A stretch of DNA of 64,000 bases. Source: Minisyncoccota bacterium (lineage in GTDB: Bacteria; Patescibacteriota; Minisyncoccia; Phycocordibacterales; UBA6065). Positions 19,337 through 28,173 of this stretch are shown one piece after another. The stretch spans positions 86,841 to 150,840 of the forward strand of contig JBAZUA010000003.1 of NCBI GenBank assembly GCA_041661645.1, written 5' to 3'. The position numbers were made by a program, and so were the translations under genes. The notes below the pieces were generated by a model that searched no databases, was not told the DNA's origin, and saw nothing but the letters and a program-made list of their open reading frames with translations. Numbering within the stretch: position 1 is the stretch's first letter; every line of letters starts with the position of its first letter.

Positions 19337-20443
19337 ATGAGCGAGACCCCTCGAGACTTTCGGGTAGAGATAACCGCGGGAACCGTCGTCAAGACGATAT
19401 TCCTCCTTATTTTGACGTATTTGCTCTTCATCCTGAAGGATATCGTGCTCGTCATATTGACCGCTGTGGTCATCGCCTCGTCGATCGAGCCCCTCACTCG
19501 CTGGTTCGTCCGCCGCAGCATTCCTCGCGTCTTTTCCGTGCTCATCATATACGTGCTCATGGGCGCAAGCCTCTTTGGCATGTTCTATGCCTTCGTGCCG
19601 ACCCTTCTGAGGGACACTTCTGAGTTCCTGGGATCGGTTCCCGAGTATATTGAAACCGTGTCGCTCTGGAATCCCCTTGGCACCGACGAGACCGTTCAGT
19701 CCAAGGCCGTCGTCACGAGCCTGGCCCAGGATCTGAATACGACACGGGCTGCCGTCCAGGATTCGAGCGACAGCGTCTCCCTGCAGGGCGTGTTGAGCGG
19801 CATCGACAACGCGATCTCGGACGTGTCCGCCGGCTTCATTCATTCCGCGAGCTCGATATTCGGAGGAGTCGTGAGCTTCATCCTCATCATAGTCCTCTCC
19901 TTCTATCTCGCCGTGCAGGAGGATGGCGTCGCGAGTTTCCTCAGAATCGTCACGCCGCGGAAGCAAGAGGCCTACATCCTCGATCTCTGGAGGCGAACCC
20001 AGACAAAAATTGGTCTTTGGATGCAGGGGCAGGTCGTTCTGGCGGTTCTTGTGGGCGTTCTCGTGTATCTGGGGCTCATGGTGCTCGGCGTGAAAAACGC
20101 CCTCCTGTTCGCCGTCTTTGCCGCCTTTCTTGAGATGATCCCGCTCTTCGGCCCCATTATCGCCGCAATTCCGGCGGTCATGTCATCATATGGAATTGAT
20201 GGGGCGTCGGGCGCCCTCATCGTCGGCGGCCTCTACCTCATAATCCATCAGTTCGAGAATCATCTTATCTATCCCCTGGTCGTTAAGAAGATCGTCGGCG
20301 TTCCGCCGATCCTCGTCATCATATCGCTCCTCGTCGGCTTCAAGCTTGCGGGCTTCCTCGGCATCATTCTCTCGGTCCCCCTCTCATCGATGCTCGTCGA
20401 GTTCATCGATGACGTTCATAAGAGGAAGTTTGCACGGGACTAG
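19337..20443 (+). CDS. AI-2E family transporter (PerM-like)
   Basis: Multi-pass TM; IPLFGP, QFENHLIYP, GFLGIILSVP motifs. Confidence 0.9.
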   Translation: MSETPRDFRVEITAGTVVKTIFLLILTYLLFILKDIVLVILTAVVIASSIEPLTRWFVRRSIPRVFSVLIIYVLMGASLFGMFYAFVPTLLRDTSEFLGSVPEYIETVSLWNPLGTDETVQSKAVVTSLAQDLNTTRAAVQDSSDSVSLQGVLSGIDNAISDVSAGFIHSASSIFGGVVSFILIIVLSFYLAVQEDGVASFLRIVTPRKQEAYILDLWRRTQTKIGLWMQGQVVLAVLVGVLVYLGLMVLGVKNALLFAVFAAFLEMIPLFGPIIAAIPAVMSSYGIDGASGALIVGGLYLIIHQFENHLIYPLVVKKIVGVPPILVIISLLVGFKLAGFLGIILSVPLSSMLVEFIDDVHKRKFARD

Positions 20444-20476
20444 GGACAGGAGTATCATTCATCGCTACACATCATC

Positions 20477-21931
20477 ATGGAAAAGAAACCTTTCTATATA
20501 ACCACGACGCTGCCATATGTGAACGCCGAGGCCCATATGGGTCATGCGCTCGAGTTCATCCGCGCTGACATCATCGCACGTTGGAAGATGTCGCAGGGAT
20601 ATGACGTGTTCTTCAACACGGGCACCGACGAGCACGGACAGAAGCTGTTCGAGGCCGCCCAGAAAGAGGGGAAGGGGGTAAAGGAGTATGTCGACGACTA
20701 CTCAAATAGGTTCAAGGCCCTTTTGCCGAAGCTCGGCATGTCCTCGGACGTCCATTTCATTCGCACGACTGATGCCCATCACGAGAGGGCCGCTCAGGAG
20801 TTCTGGAAGCGCGTATCGGACAATGGATTCATATACAAGAAGGCCTACAAGACCAAATACTGCGTCGGCTGCGAGGAGAACAAGACCGAGAGCGAGCTCG
20901 TCGACGGTCGCTGCCCGATACACCCGAATCGGGAGCTTCAGCTCATAGACGAGGAGAATTACTTCTTCAAGTTCTCGGCATTCGGCGACAGGCTCATCGC
21001 CCTGTATGACGCGGCCCGAAAGGAGGGGAGGACATTCGTGGTGCCGGAGTTCCGCGAGAACGAGATGCGCGAGTTCATCAAACACGGCCTCGAGGATTTC
21101 AGCATCTCCCGTCTCAAGTCAAGGATGGAGTGGGGCATCAGCGTCCCCGGTGACGAAGAGCATGTCATGTACGTGTGGTTCGATGCTCTCGTGAACTACA
21201 TTTCCACTCTTGGTTGGCCAGAAAATATGGCCAATTTCGAGCGCTTCTGGCGCGACGGCATGCCGACCCAGTACTGCGGCAAGGATAATACGCGCTTTCA
21301 GTCCGTCATGTGGCAGTCCATGCTTATTGCCGCCGGTTTGCCCAACTCGCATACCATAGTCATAAACGGCTTCATCACCGGCGAGGGTGGGGTGAAGATG
21401 TCTAAGTCGCTTGGAAATGTCGTGAATCCGCTTGATGCCATAAACGAATACGGCACTGACTCCCTTCGCTATTTCCTCGCCCGCGAGATAGGCTCGTTCG
21501 AGGACTCTCCCTTCACCATCGAGCGCTTCAAGGCGGCGTACAATTCCGGGCTGGCGAATGGCCTCGGGAACCTCGTGTCGCGCGTCATGAGAATGGCGAC
21601 GACCAATCTTGACGCTCCCGCCTCGATTGTGGATGGGGTTTTGCCCCAGGATTATGTCGATGCTCTCAATTCCTTTGACATACAGAAGGCCACGGGGGTC
21701 ATCTGGAAGCACATATCTGACGCCGATCAGCTCATACAGGACAAGGCGCCGTTCAAGCTCGTGAAGACCGACAGGGCGGCGGCGCAGGAGATAATCAAAG
21801 ATTTGGTGTCTCGTGTGTATTTGATCGGATCAATGCTCGAGCCTGTTCTTCCGCCAATTGCTGAGGCCATCAAGAAGCTCGCCGTAGAGAACAAGATGCC
21901 CGAGACCCCGCTTTTCTTGAGAAAGGAATAA
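20477..21931 (+). CDS. metG: Methionine--tRNA ligase (short form)
   Basis: YITTTLPYVN..HMGH, TGTDEHGQK, YVWFDAL, KMSKSLGN. Confidence 0.97.
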   Translation: MEKKPFYITTTLPYVNAEAHMGHALEFIRADIIARWKMSQGYDVFFNTGTDEHGQKLFEAAQKEGKGVKEYVDDYSNRFKALLPKLGMSSDVHFIRTTDAHHERAAQEFWKRVSDNGFIYKKAYKTKYCVGCEENKTESELVDGRCPIHPNRELQLIDEENYFFKFSAFGDRLIALYDAARKEGRTFVVPEFRENEMREFIKHGLEDFSISRLKSRMEWGISVPGDEEHVMYVWFDALVNYISTLGWPENMANFERFWRDGMPTQYCGKDNTRFQSVMWQSMLIAAGLPNSHTIVINGFITGEGGVKMSKSLGNVVNPLDAINEYGTDSLRYFLAREIGSFEDSPFTIERFKAAYNSGLANGLGNLVSRVMRMATTNLDAPASIVDGVLPQDYVDALNSFDIQKATGVIWKHISDADQLIQDKAPFKLVKTDRAAAQEIIKDLVSRVYLIGSMLEPVLPPIAEAIKKLAVENKMPETPLFLRKE

Positions 21932-21950
21932 GCGCTGACGCACAATAGTC

Positions 21951-22811
21951 ATGAGGCCGCAATACATCGACATACACGCCCACACCAACTTCGCCCTCTT
22001 TGATGCCGACAGGAAGGAGGTGGTAGAGCGCGCGCTGAACGCCGGCGTCTGGATGATAAACATCGGCACTCAGCAGGACACCTCGCGGAAAGCTGTCGAG
22101 ATGACCCGAGAGTTTCCCGTCGGCGTTTACTCCATCATCGGCCTTCACCCAATTCACGTGAATCCCTCGTATCACGATGCCGAAGAGATCGGCCCGGAAG
22201 GGAAGACCTTCACCTCGCGTGGCGAAACATTCGATGCAGATTTTTACAGGAAGCTCGCCAAGGAGGGCGGGGCGAAGGTCCTCGGCATCGGCGAATGCGG
22301 CCTCGATTATTATCGACCTTCGACGCCTGAAGAGGATGCCCGCCAGCGCGAGGCGTTCATAGGTCAGATAGGGCTGGCTCTCGAGCTCGACTTGCCCCTC
22401 ATGCTCCATATCCGTTCGGGTGCCACCCGCAACGCCTATCGGGACGTCCTCGACATTCTCGCGACCTATAAAAAGTCCCATGGCGACAAGCTTCGCGGCG
22501 ACACCCATTTCTTTGCGGGAAGCGTAGACGAGGCGAAAGAGTTCCTCGCCCTTGGCTTCCACCTTTCATACACCGGCGTCGTCACCTTCGCCAAACAGTA
22601 CAAGGAGCTCGTCGAGGCGACGCCCGTTGACCGCATCATGTCCGAGACCGATTGTCCGTACGTCGCACCCGTTCCCGAGAGGGGGAAGAGGAATGAGCCG
22701 TCCTTTGTCATACACACGGCCAACAAGATCCTCGATATAAAGGGGTTGGGTCCCATAGAGGGGAGGAAGAGGTTGGTGGAGAATGCCTTTAAATTATTCA
22801 GCCTCAACTAG
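21951..22811 (+). CDS. tatD: TatD family deoxyribonuclease
   Basis: IDIHAH, GLHP, IGECGLDY, ETDCPY. Confidence 0.93.
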   Translation: MRPQYIDIHAHTNFALFDADRKEVVERALNAGVWMINIGTQQDTSRKAVEMTREFPVGVYSIIGLHPIHVNPSYHDAEEIGPEGKTFTSRGETFDADFYRKLAKEGGAKVLGIGECGLDYYRPSTPEEDARQREAFIGQIGLALELDLPLMLHIRSGATRNAYRDVLDILATYKKSHGDKLRGDTHFFAGSVDEAKEFLALGFHLSYTGVVTFAKQYKELVEATPVDRIMSETDCPYVAPVPERGKRNEPSFVIHTANKILDIKGLGPIEGRKRLVENAFKLFSLN

Positions 22812-22827
22812 GTCATAATAAAAGAAT

Positions 22828-22864
22828 TTGACAGAAATATACCAAAGTATATACTTTGGTATAT
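22828..22864 (+). promoter_or_regulatory. TA promoter with overlapping palindromic operator
   Basis: TTGACA (22828) and TATACT (22850); perfect 28-bp palindrome ATATACCAAAGTAT/ATACTTTGGTATAT at 22837-22864. Confidence 0.8.
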
Positions 22865-23135
22865 GAATACGAAAACGCTTCTGACGGTCAAAATGGAAAA
22901 GAGCCTCAAACAGGCGGCACAGGAAACCGCCGCTGAAATTGGCATTCCCTTGGGAACGCTTGTGAACGCGATTCTCAAGCAGTTCGTCAGGACGAAGGAG
23001 GTTAATCTTGATGTTTCGTATGAGCCTACAGAATATCTCAAATCGGTCATAAGAGAGAGCGAAGAAGAGTTTGCGAAAGGCCTGTCGCCAAAAGCGGCAA
23101 ACGTCGACGAGTTGATGAAGGAGCTGCTTTCTTAA
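22863..23135 (+). CDS. RelB/DinJ-family antitoxin (RHH)
   Basis: LTVKMEKSLKQAAQE.A.EIGIPLG..VNA.LKQFVR; lies upstream of a RelE-like toxin. Confidence 0.8.
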   Translation: MNTKTLLTVKMEKSLKQAAQETAAEIGIPLGTLVNAILKQFVRTKEVNLDVSYEPTEYLKSVIRESEEEFAKGLSPKAANVDELMKELLS

Positions 23136-23150
23136 TTCATAGCTTTATTC

Positions 23151-23405
23151 ATGATATATCGATCTTCTCATTTCAAAAGACAGCTTAGGAAGCTTTCGCC
23201 TAAGTTGCAGAGGAAAGTGGCTGAAAGATTGCGATTGATGCTTGTGAATGAATTTGACCCGATTTTAAATAATCACAAGCTAGGTGGTGAATATGAGGGC
23301 GATAGAAGCATAAATATAACGGGAGACATCCGCCTTACCTATAAAAGGGAAAGAGATGATTTTTACTTGAGGGTTGTCGGCACCCATAGTCAGCTGTATA
23401 AATAG
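23151..23405 (+). CDS. YafQ/RelE-family mRNA interferase toxin
   Basis: FKRQL, NHKLGGEY, SINITGDIRL, VGTHSQLY C-terminus. Confidence 0.88.
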   Translation: MIYRSSHFKRQLRKLSPKLQRKVAERLRLMLVNEFDPILNNHKLGGEYEGDRSINITGDIRLTYKRERDDFYLRVVGTHSQLYK

Positions 23406-23508
23406 CAAGAACGCCGCCTTTCCTTGCTATTTCAGCCATTTCTGGTATTCTCTACTCCACTTGCTCTGGATTAAAAAGCAAGAAATTATAAGCCTAAACA
23501 GTCACAAT

Positions 23509-23979
23509 ATGACCAAAGAAACAGTTAAGACGTCTGGCACCGTCTACGAGGTGGGATTCCACATCGTTCCCGCTGTCTCTCCAGAGAATCTCCCCAAGGA
23601 GGTTGATGCTATCAAAGCAGTACTCGGAGCGCACGGAGCGACCATTATAAGCGAGGAGGCTCCAAAGCTTCGACCCCTCACCTTCACCATGGTGAAGGTC
23701 ATCGGACAGAATCGACACAAGTACGATACGGCCCATTTCGGCTGGATCAAGTTCGAGACCACCCCAGAGGCGGCGGTAGAGATAAACTCGGCTCTCGCCA
23801 CCTCGGAGAAGATCCTTCGCTATCTCCTCATCAAGACCGTCGCGGAGAACACCCTCTATGGCGAGAAGCTTCTCCCTCAGGAGAAGGAGGCGGGCGCAAA
23901 GACGGACGAAGCCGCAAAGGAGGCGGCACCGGTTGTGGCGGCTGAAATTGACAAGGCAGTCGAGAAGATTGTCGCGTAA
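23509..23979 (+). CDS. rpsF: 30S ribosomal protein S6
   Basis: YEVGFHI, ILRYLLIK; position in rpsF-ssb-rpsR order. Confidence 0.85.
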   Translation: MTKETVKTSGTVYEVGFHIVPAVSPENLPKEVDAIKAVLGAHGATIISEEAPKLRPLTFTMVKVIGQNRHKYDTAHFGWIKFETTPEAAVEINSALATSEKILRYLLIKTVAENTLYGEKLLPQEKEAGAKTDEAAKEAAPVVAAEIDKAVEKIVA

Positions 23980-24069
23980 GGTTCTTTAGAAAGGCTTCAT
24001 TTATAGGCGTGGACAGGGGGTTCTCGAACCGTTATAGTAACCTCATGTTACTAGCCTAAACCAAACAGC

Positions 24070-24552
24070 ATGTATCTCAACAAAGCCATCATCATCGGAA
24101 ACCTGACCCGAGACCCAGAGCTCAAGGCCCTGCCGTCGGGAATTCAGGTAACGTCGCTCTCTTTGGCCACCAACCGAGTCTGGAAGGACAAGGCCGGCGC
24201 CAAGCAGGAGGCATCTGACTTCCACAATGTCGTGGTGTTCGGACGCCAGGCAGAGACCTCTGCCCAGTACCTCAAGAAGGGACAGCAGGTCATGATAGAG
24301 GGAAGGATACAGACCCGCTCATGGGACGATAAGGCAACGGGCGAGAAGAAGTATCGCACCGAGATCGTCGCCGAGAGCGTCCAGTTCGGACCAAAGGCAG
24401 GCGCAGCCACGGGTGGCTCATACGCCCCTGCGGCATCGGGCCCATCGGCATCAAGCGCTCCAAAGTCAGCATCGGGAGCCAAGGCCGCCGACCCAGTCGA
24501 CACTATCGACTATCCGTCAGAGGACATCAACCCAGAAGACATCCCATTTTAG
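24070..24552 (+). CDS. ssb: Single-stranded DNA-binding protein
   Basis: NKAIIIGNLTRDPE, EGRIQTRSW, C-terminal EDIPF. Confidence 0.98.
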   Translation: MYLNKAIIIGNLTRDPELKALPSGIQVTSLSLATNRVWKDKAGAKQEASDFHNVVVFGRQAETSAQYLKKGQQVMIEGRIQTRSWDDKATGEKKYRTEIVAESVQFGPKAGAATGGSYAPAASGPSASSAPKSASGAKAADPVDTIDYPSEDINPEDIPF

Positions 24553-24582
24553 AGATTCAATTTATCAACTTAGCAAACAATT

Positions 24583-24786
24583 ATGTCAAAGCAGTGTTTT
24601 TTCAAGGAGAATAACGTACAGCACATAGACTACAAGGATACCGATATCCTCAAGAAGTTCCTCAACCCTCATGCCCGCATCATGGCAAAGAAGAGGACCG
24701 CGGTAAGCGCCGGCAATCAGCGCAAGCTCGCCCTCGCCGTAAAGCGAGCAAGGTTCATGGGACTCCTCCCATACGTAGCGAGATAG
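24583..24786 (+). CDS. rpsR: 30S ribosomal protein S18
   Basis: IDYKD, QRKLALAVKRARFMGLLPY. Confidence 0.97.
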   Translation: MSKQCFFKENNVQHIDYKDTDILKKFLNPHARIMAKKRTAVSAGNQRKLALAVKRARFMGLLPYVAR

Positions 24787-24790
24787 GGGA

Positions 24791-24893
24791 CAGTCGGGGC
24801 GAGCTCTCGCTTGCTAGTCCTCGAAATAAAGACGCCCAGAGAAATCTGGGCGTCTTTATTTCTGCGGAGGCGCGCTTGAGCTCGCCCCGACTG
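24791..24893. repeat. Nested palindromic element B (REP/MITE-like)
   Basis: 16-bp outer IR CAGTCGGGGCGAGCTC, 18-bp inner IR GAAATAAAGACGCCCAGA with GAAA loop, internal loop GCTAGTCCTC / TGCGGAGGC. Confidence 0.8.
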
Positions 24894-24964
24894 CCTTGTG
24901 TGGAAGCGGGCAATTGACTTAGGCGAGGGGGAAATGTAGTCTCTACAGTAAGTCCGCTCATTTT

Positions 24965-25363
24965 ATGTCTACCAACCTACCACCAACTGTCACTGAGAGG
25001 GAGATAGCGATTGCCATCAAGATCGCCGGGACCTGGTTCCGCGTCTTCCAGCCCGAAGGGGACGGGGCGAGGATGTATATGGAGCCCATAAGGGGCGAAA
25101 TCGAGCTCGCAGAGGAGGCCGACGTCAGCAAGCTCATCAGCACATCCTTCGATCGGGGTCATCCGCCGGAGTATTGGAAGCTCTTCGAGAGGATCGGTTT
25201 CAATCTCCTCGTGGACAAGAAGGCCGGCACCGCACACGCCACCTACTTTGCCTTCAAGGACGGAGTTTGGATGATCGAAAAGGGAGCCATCCAGGCTCTT
25301 CCCAGGATTACCTGCGTCTTCGCTCTCTTTCAGGCGGCTTGCCACGAACCTGTTGCCGCCTGA
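24965..25363 (+). CDS. Hypothetical orphan protein
   Basis: 132-aa ORF with promoter TTGACT-17-TAGTCT (about 24914-24942) and terminator at 25377-25403. Confidence 0.6.
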   Translation: MSTNLPPTVTEREIAIAIKIAGTWFRVFQPEGDGARMYMEPIRGEIELAEEADVSKLISTSFDRGHPPEYWKLFERIGFNLLVDKKAGTAHATYFAFKDGVWMIEKGAIQALPRITCVFALFQAACHEPVAA

Positions 25364-25471
25364 AGTTTGAAAATGAGGCCGCGCATCGCTGCGCGGCCTT
25401 TTTCTTACCCCACAAACGTGTTGACTTTGCGCGGTTCGGGCGTAGTATTTGCCCCGAAGGAGATATTTATT

Positions 25472-25834
25472 ATGAATAATAGTAGGCCCTGTAGACAGAT
25501 CGACCTTAGTCAATTCGGTCTTGTGCTTGTGTTGACGACTTCCGATAAGGCGGTTGAACGGATGTGGGCTAGCGACGACATCCGGGTTGCCGACTCTGAC
25601 ATGAGGCGGGAGGTGTTACGACACATCATTCCCCTTATCGAGAGGGGCGAGCGGGAAGGAAAGGCTTGTCTGAAGGGGATTTGTTTTTGGGAACGTGTCT
25701 CAAAGACCAGGAACGGCCTTCGCGCCGGGGAGACTTTGAATGTTCCTGTCTCCTGGCGGGCCATGTTGCCTTGGTGGCATCCTGACAACGCCCTGTGGTG
25801 GAAGAATCCTTTCTGTGGACGGATCGTCGACTGA
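25472..25834 (+). CDS. Hypothetical orphan protein
   Basis: ATG 25472 (MNNSRP); promoter TTGACT-16-TAGTAT from 25421; terminator at 25841-25870. Confidence 0.5.
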   Translation: MNNSRPCRQIDLSQFGLVLVLTTSDKAVERMWASDDIRVADSDMRREVLRHIIPLIERGEREGKACLKGICFWERVSKTRNGLRAGETLNVPVSWRAMLPWWHPDNALWWKNPFCGRIVD

Positions 25835-25947
25835 ATGCTTGGGGCCGCGCTTTACAGCGCGGCCTTTTTTCTTGCAAAATAAACACCTCAATCAAGTGAG
25901 GTGTTTATCGCGGCTCTATTAGGGCCTAATTCTGCCGTGAGGCGGGC

Positions 25948-26541
25948 CTAGAGCACTCGCTCTCGGTATTCTCCGGTGTCAGTGTTGATGCGAATGGTAT
26001 CACCCTCGTTCACGAACAGGGGAGTGGTGACCATCGCACCCGTCTCCACCTTCACAAGCTTGTTGCCGCCACGGGCGGTGTCGCCCTTAACACCCGGAGG
26101 GGCCTCGACTACCTTGAGGTCGACGGTCGCATCCAGCCTGACGCCGAATATGGTTCCCTCGTCATCGTCCTTCTCGGGGTCGATGAAGGCCTTGGTCTGG
26201 TACACAGTGTTTGGCTTAAGGAATTTTGCCTGTATGCCGAGGACCGCCTCGGGGATCTTGAATCGCCTGGCGGGGTTATCGATGTCGCAGAACCAGTACT
26301 CGCCCTTGTTCACGAAGAGGTACTTTGCATCCTTGGTGTCGATATCCGCCTCGGCAACCTTGTCTGCGGCGTGGAAGGTGGCCTCAACGACCCGGCCGTT
26401 CAGGAGGTTCTTGATCTTGGTCTTGTTCTGGGGCTTCCTCTGCTGCATGCGGAAGATGTTGTTCTCGATCACCTCGTAGGGCTCTCCCTCGAAGACGATG
26501 AATTTTCGGGTGACGATTTCGCTGTATTCGAGCAATGCCAT
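25948..26541 (-). CDS. efp: Elongation factor P
   Basis: PPGVKGDTA, ETGA.VTTPLFVNEGD.IRINT.TGEY. Confidence 0.95.
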   Translation of the reverse strand: MALLEYSEIVTRKFIVFEGEPYEVIENNIFRMQQRKPQNKTKIKNLLNGRVVEATFHAADKVAEADIDTKDAKYLFVNKGEYWFCDIDNPARRFKIPEAVLGIQAKFLKPNTVYQTKAFIDPEKDDDEGTIFGVRLDATVDLKVVEAPPGVKGDTARGGNKLVKVETGAMVTTPLFVNEGDTIRINTDTGEYRERVL

Positions 26542-26665
26542 AATGTTGATGTTTAGGCTGGAAAAGGCTTAATAGGGCTTCATAGTAGCCTAGGGGAGTG
26601 GGAATGTCCACCTAAAGCAAAGCCGCGCGCCTTCAGCGCGCGGCAATACTCGCTTGATGTTTTGA

Positions 26666-27781
26666 CTAGATCTCCTTGAGCTTTGCCCTGATCTTCTTGA
26701 GTATCTCGGTCGTCACCTTTGGATTCTCCTTGAGGAACTGTCGGGTGGCGTCATACCCTCGTCCGAGAGGGAGCTTCTCGCCAGCCTTGCCGTCCGCGCC
26801 TTCGGGGGTGTATGAATACGATGCACCCGACTTGGCGATGATGCCATGGGACTCGCCGAGGGCTATGATCTCGCCCTCGCGGGAGATGCCTTCGTTGTAC
26901 ATGAGGTCGAACTCGGTCTGTTTGAAGGGGGCAGCTACCTTGTTCTTGACCACCTTCACGCGGACGCGGCCTCCGACGATTTCCTCGCCCTTCTTTATCT
27001 GGGCGATGCGACGGATGTCGAGTCGGACCGATGTGTAGAATTTGAGAGCCTTGCCGCCCGGGGTAGTCTCTGGATTGCCGAACATGACGCCGATCTGCAT
27101 GCGGATCTGGTTGATGAAGATGACGACGGTCTTTGATTTTGCCGTGATGGCGGTTAATTTGCGGAGTGCCTGTGACATGAGGCGGGCCTGTTTACCCATA
27201 TGCGATGCGCCCATGTCGCCCTCAATCTCGTCCTTTGGGGTGAGTGCGGCGACCGAGTCTATGACGATGACGTCGAGCTTGCCCGAACGAACAAGAGACT
27301 CGACTATCTCGAGTGCCTGCTCGCCCGTGTCCGGCTGGGAGATGAGGAGGTTTTCGATCTTGACCCCGATTCGCTTTGAATATTCAGGATCCATGGCGTG
27401 CTCGGCGTCGATGAAGGCGCAGATGCCGCCGAGCTTCTGGGCCTCGGCAATGATGTGGAGGCAGAGAGTGGTCTTTCCTGAAGACTCTGGTCCGAAGATC
27501 TCGAGTATGCGCCCGCGAGGTACGCCGCCGATGCCGAGGGCCGCGTCAAGGCCTATCGAGCCGGTGGGGATGGCGTTTATGTTGACCCTCGGTTTGTCGC
27601 CGAGCTTCATGATGGCATCGTCGCCGAACTTCGTCCTGATGGCGTTCAGGGTGTCCTCGATGTTGGCGGGGGACTTGGATGTCTTTTCCTCGGCCTCGTC
27701 GTGCTCTACCGTGTCGAGCTCGCCGTCGTTCCGCTTGTCTGCCTTGCTGGTCTCTACCTTTTTCTCTTTTTTGCCTGCCAT
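26666..27781 (-). CDS. recA: Recombinase RecA
   Basis: [29 protein letters not shown]. Confidence 0.99.
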   Translation of the reverse strand: MAGKKEKKVETSKADKRNDGELDTVEHDEAEEKTSKSPANIEDTLNAIRTKFGDDAIMKLGDKPRVNINAIPTGSIGLDAALGIGGVPRGRILEIFGPESSGKTTLCLHIIAEAQKLGGICAFIDAEHAMDPEYSKRIGVKIENLLISQPDTGEQALEIVESLVRSGKLDVIVIDSVAALTPKDEIEGDMGASHMGKQARLMSQALRKLTAITAKSKTVVIFINQIRMQIGVMFGNPETTPGGKALKFYTSVRLDIRRIAQIKKGEEIVGGRVRVKVVKNKVAAPFKQTEFDLMYNEGISREGEIIALGESHGIIAKSGASYSYTPEGADGKAGEKLPLGRGYDATRQFLKENPKVTTEILKKIRAKLKEI

Positions 27782-27782
27782 G

Positions 27783-28136
27783 TTATTTGTAGATTAATTG
27801 TAATGTCTGTGCGGTCTTTCGGCCGAATCGATCCCGTGCGTCGAGCTCCATTATATTATATCCGCGGGAGAGAAGTACGCTTTCGCTGAACTTGCCGCTC
27901 TCGTCGGTGAATATCTTGTTGCCGTTGAGCGTCAGGTACGATATGTTCTTTGCCGTCCCTTCGATGGTTATGAGCGATTCGTTCGATATGACTCCATTCC
28001 GAGGGGAGGTGACCTCTATGGTTGGCCCTTTGGCAAAGGCCTGTGCCTGGAAGGCCGCATAGCCGGCAATGACGACGATAAAGGCGAGGATGATCCATAT
28101 CTTCACGAACCTCTTCACTTTCATTCGATCGGTCAT
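27783..28136 (-). CDS. Membrane-anchored single Ig-like domain protein
   Basis: N-terminal TM; [19 protein letters not shown].....A.DRFG. Confidence 0.7.
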   Translation of the reverse strand: MTDRMKVKRFVKIWIILAFIVVIAGYAAFQAQAFAKGPTIEVTSPRNGVISNESLITIEGTAKNISYLTLNGNKIFTDESGKFSESVLLSRGYNIMELDARDRFGRKTAQTLQLIYK

Positions 28137-28173
28137 TGTCTGTTTGTATGGTTACACGCGGCCGTTCAAGGAC

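Noticed and set aside
23452-23482. Possible S6:S18 leader (ACTCCACTTGCT...AGCAAG) before rpsF
   Set aside because: Only a short hairpin with weak resemblance; cannot be supported without a covariance model
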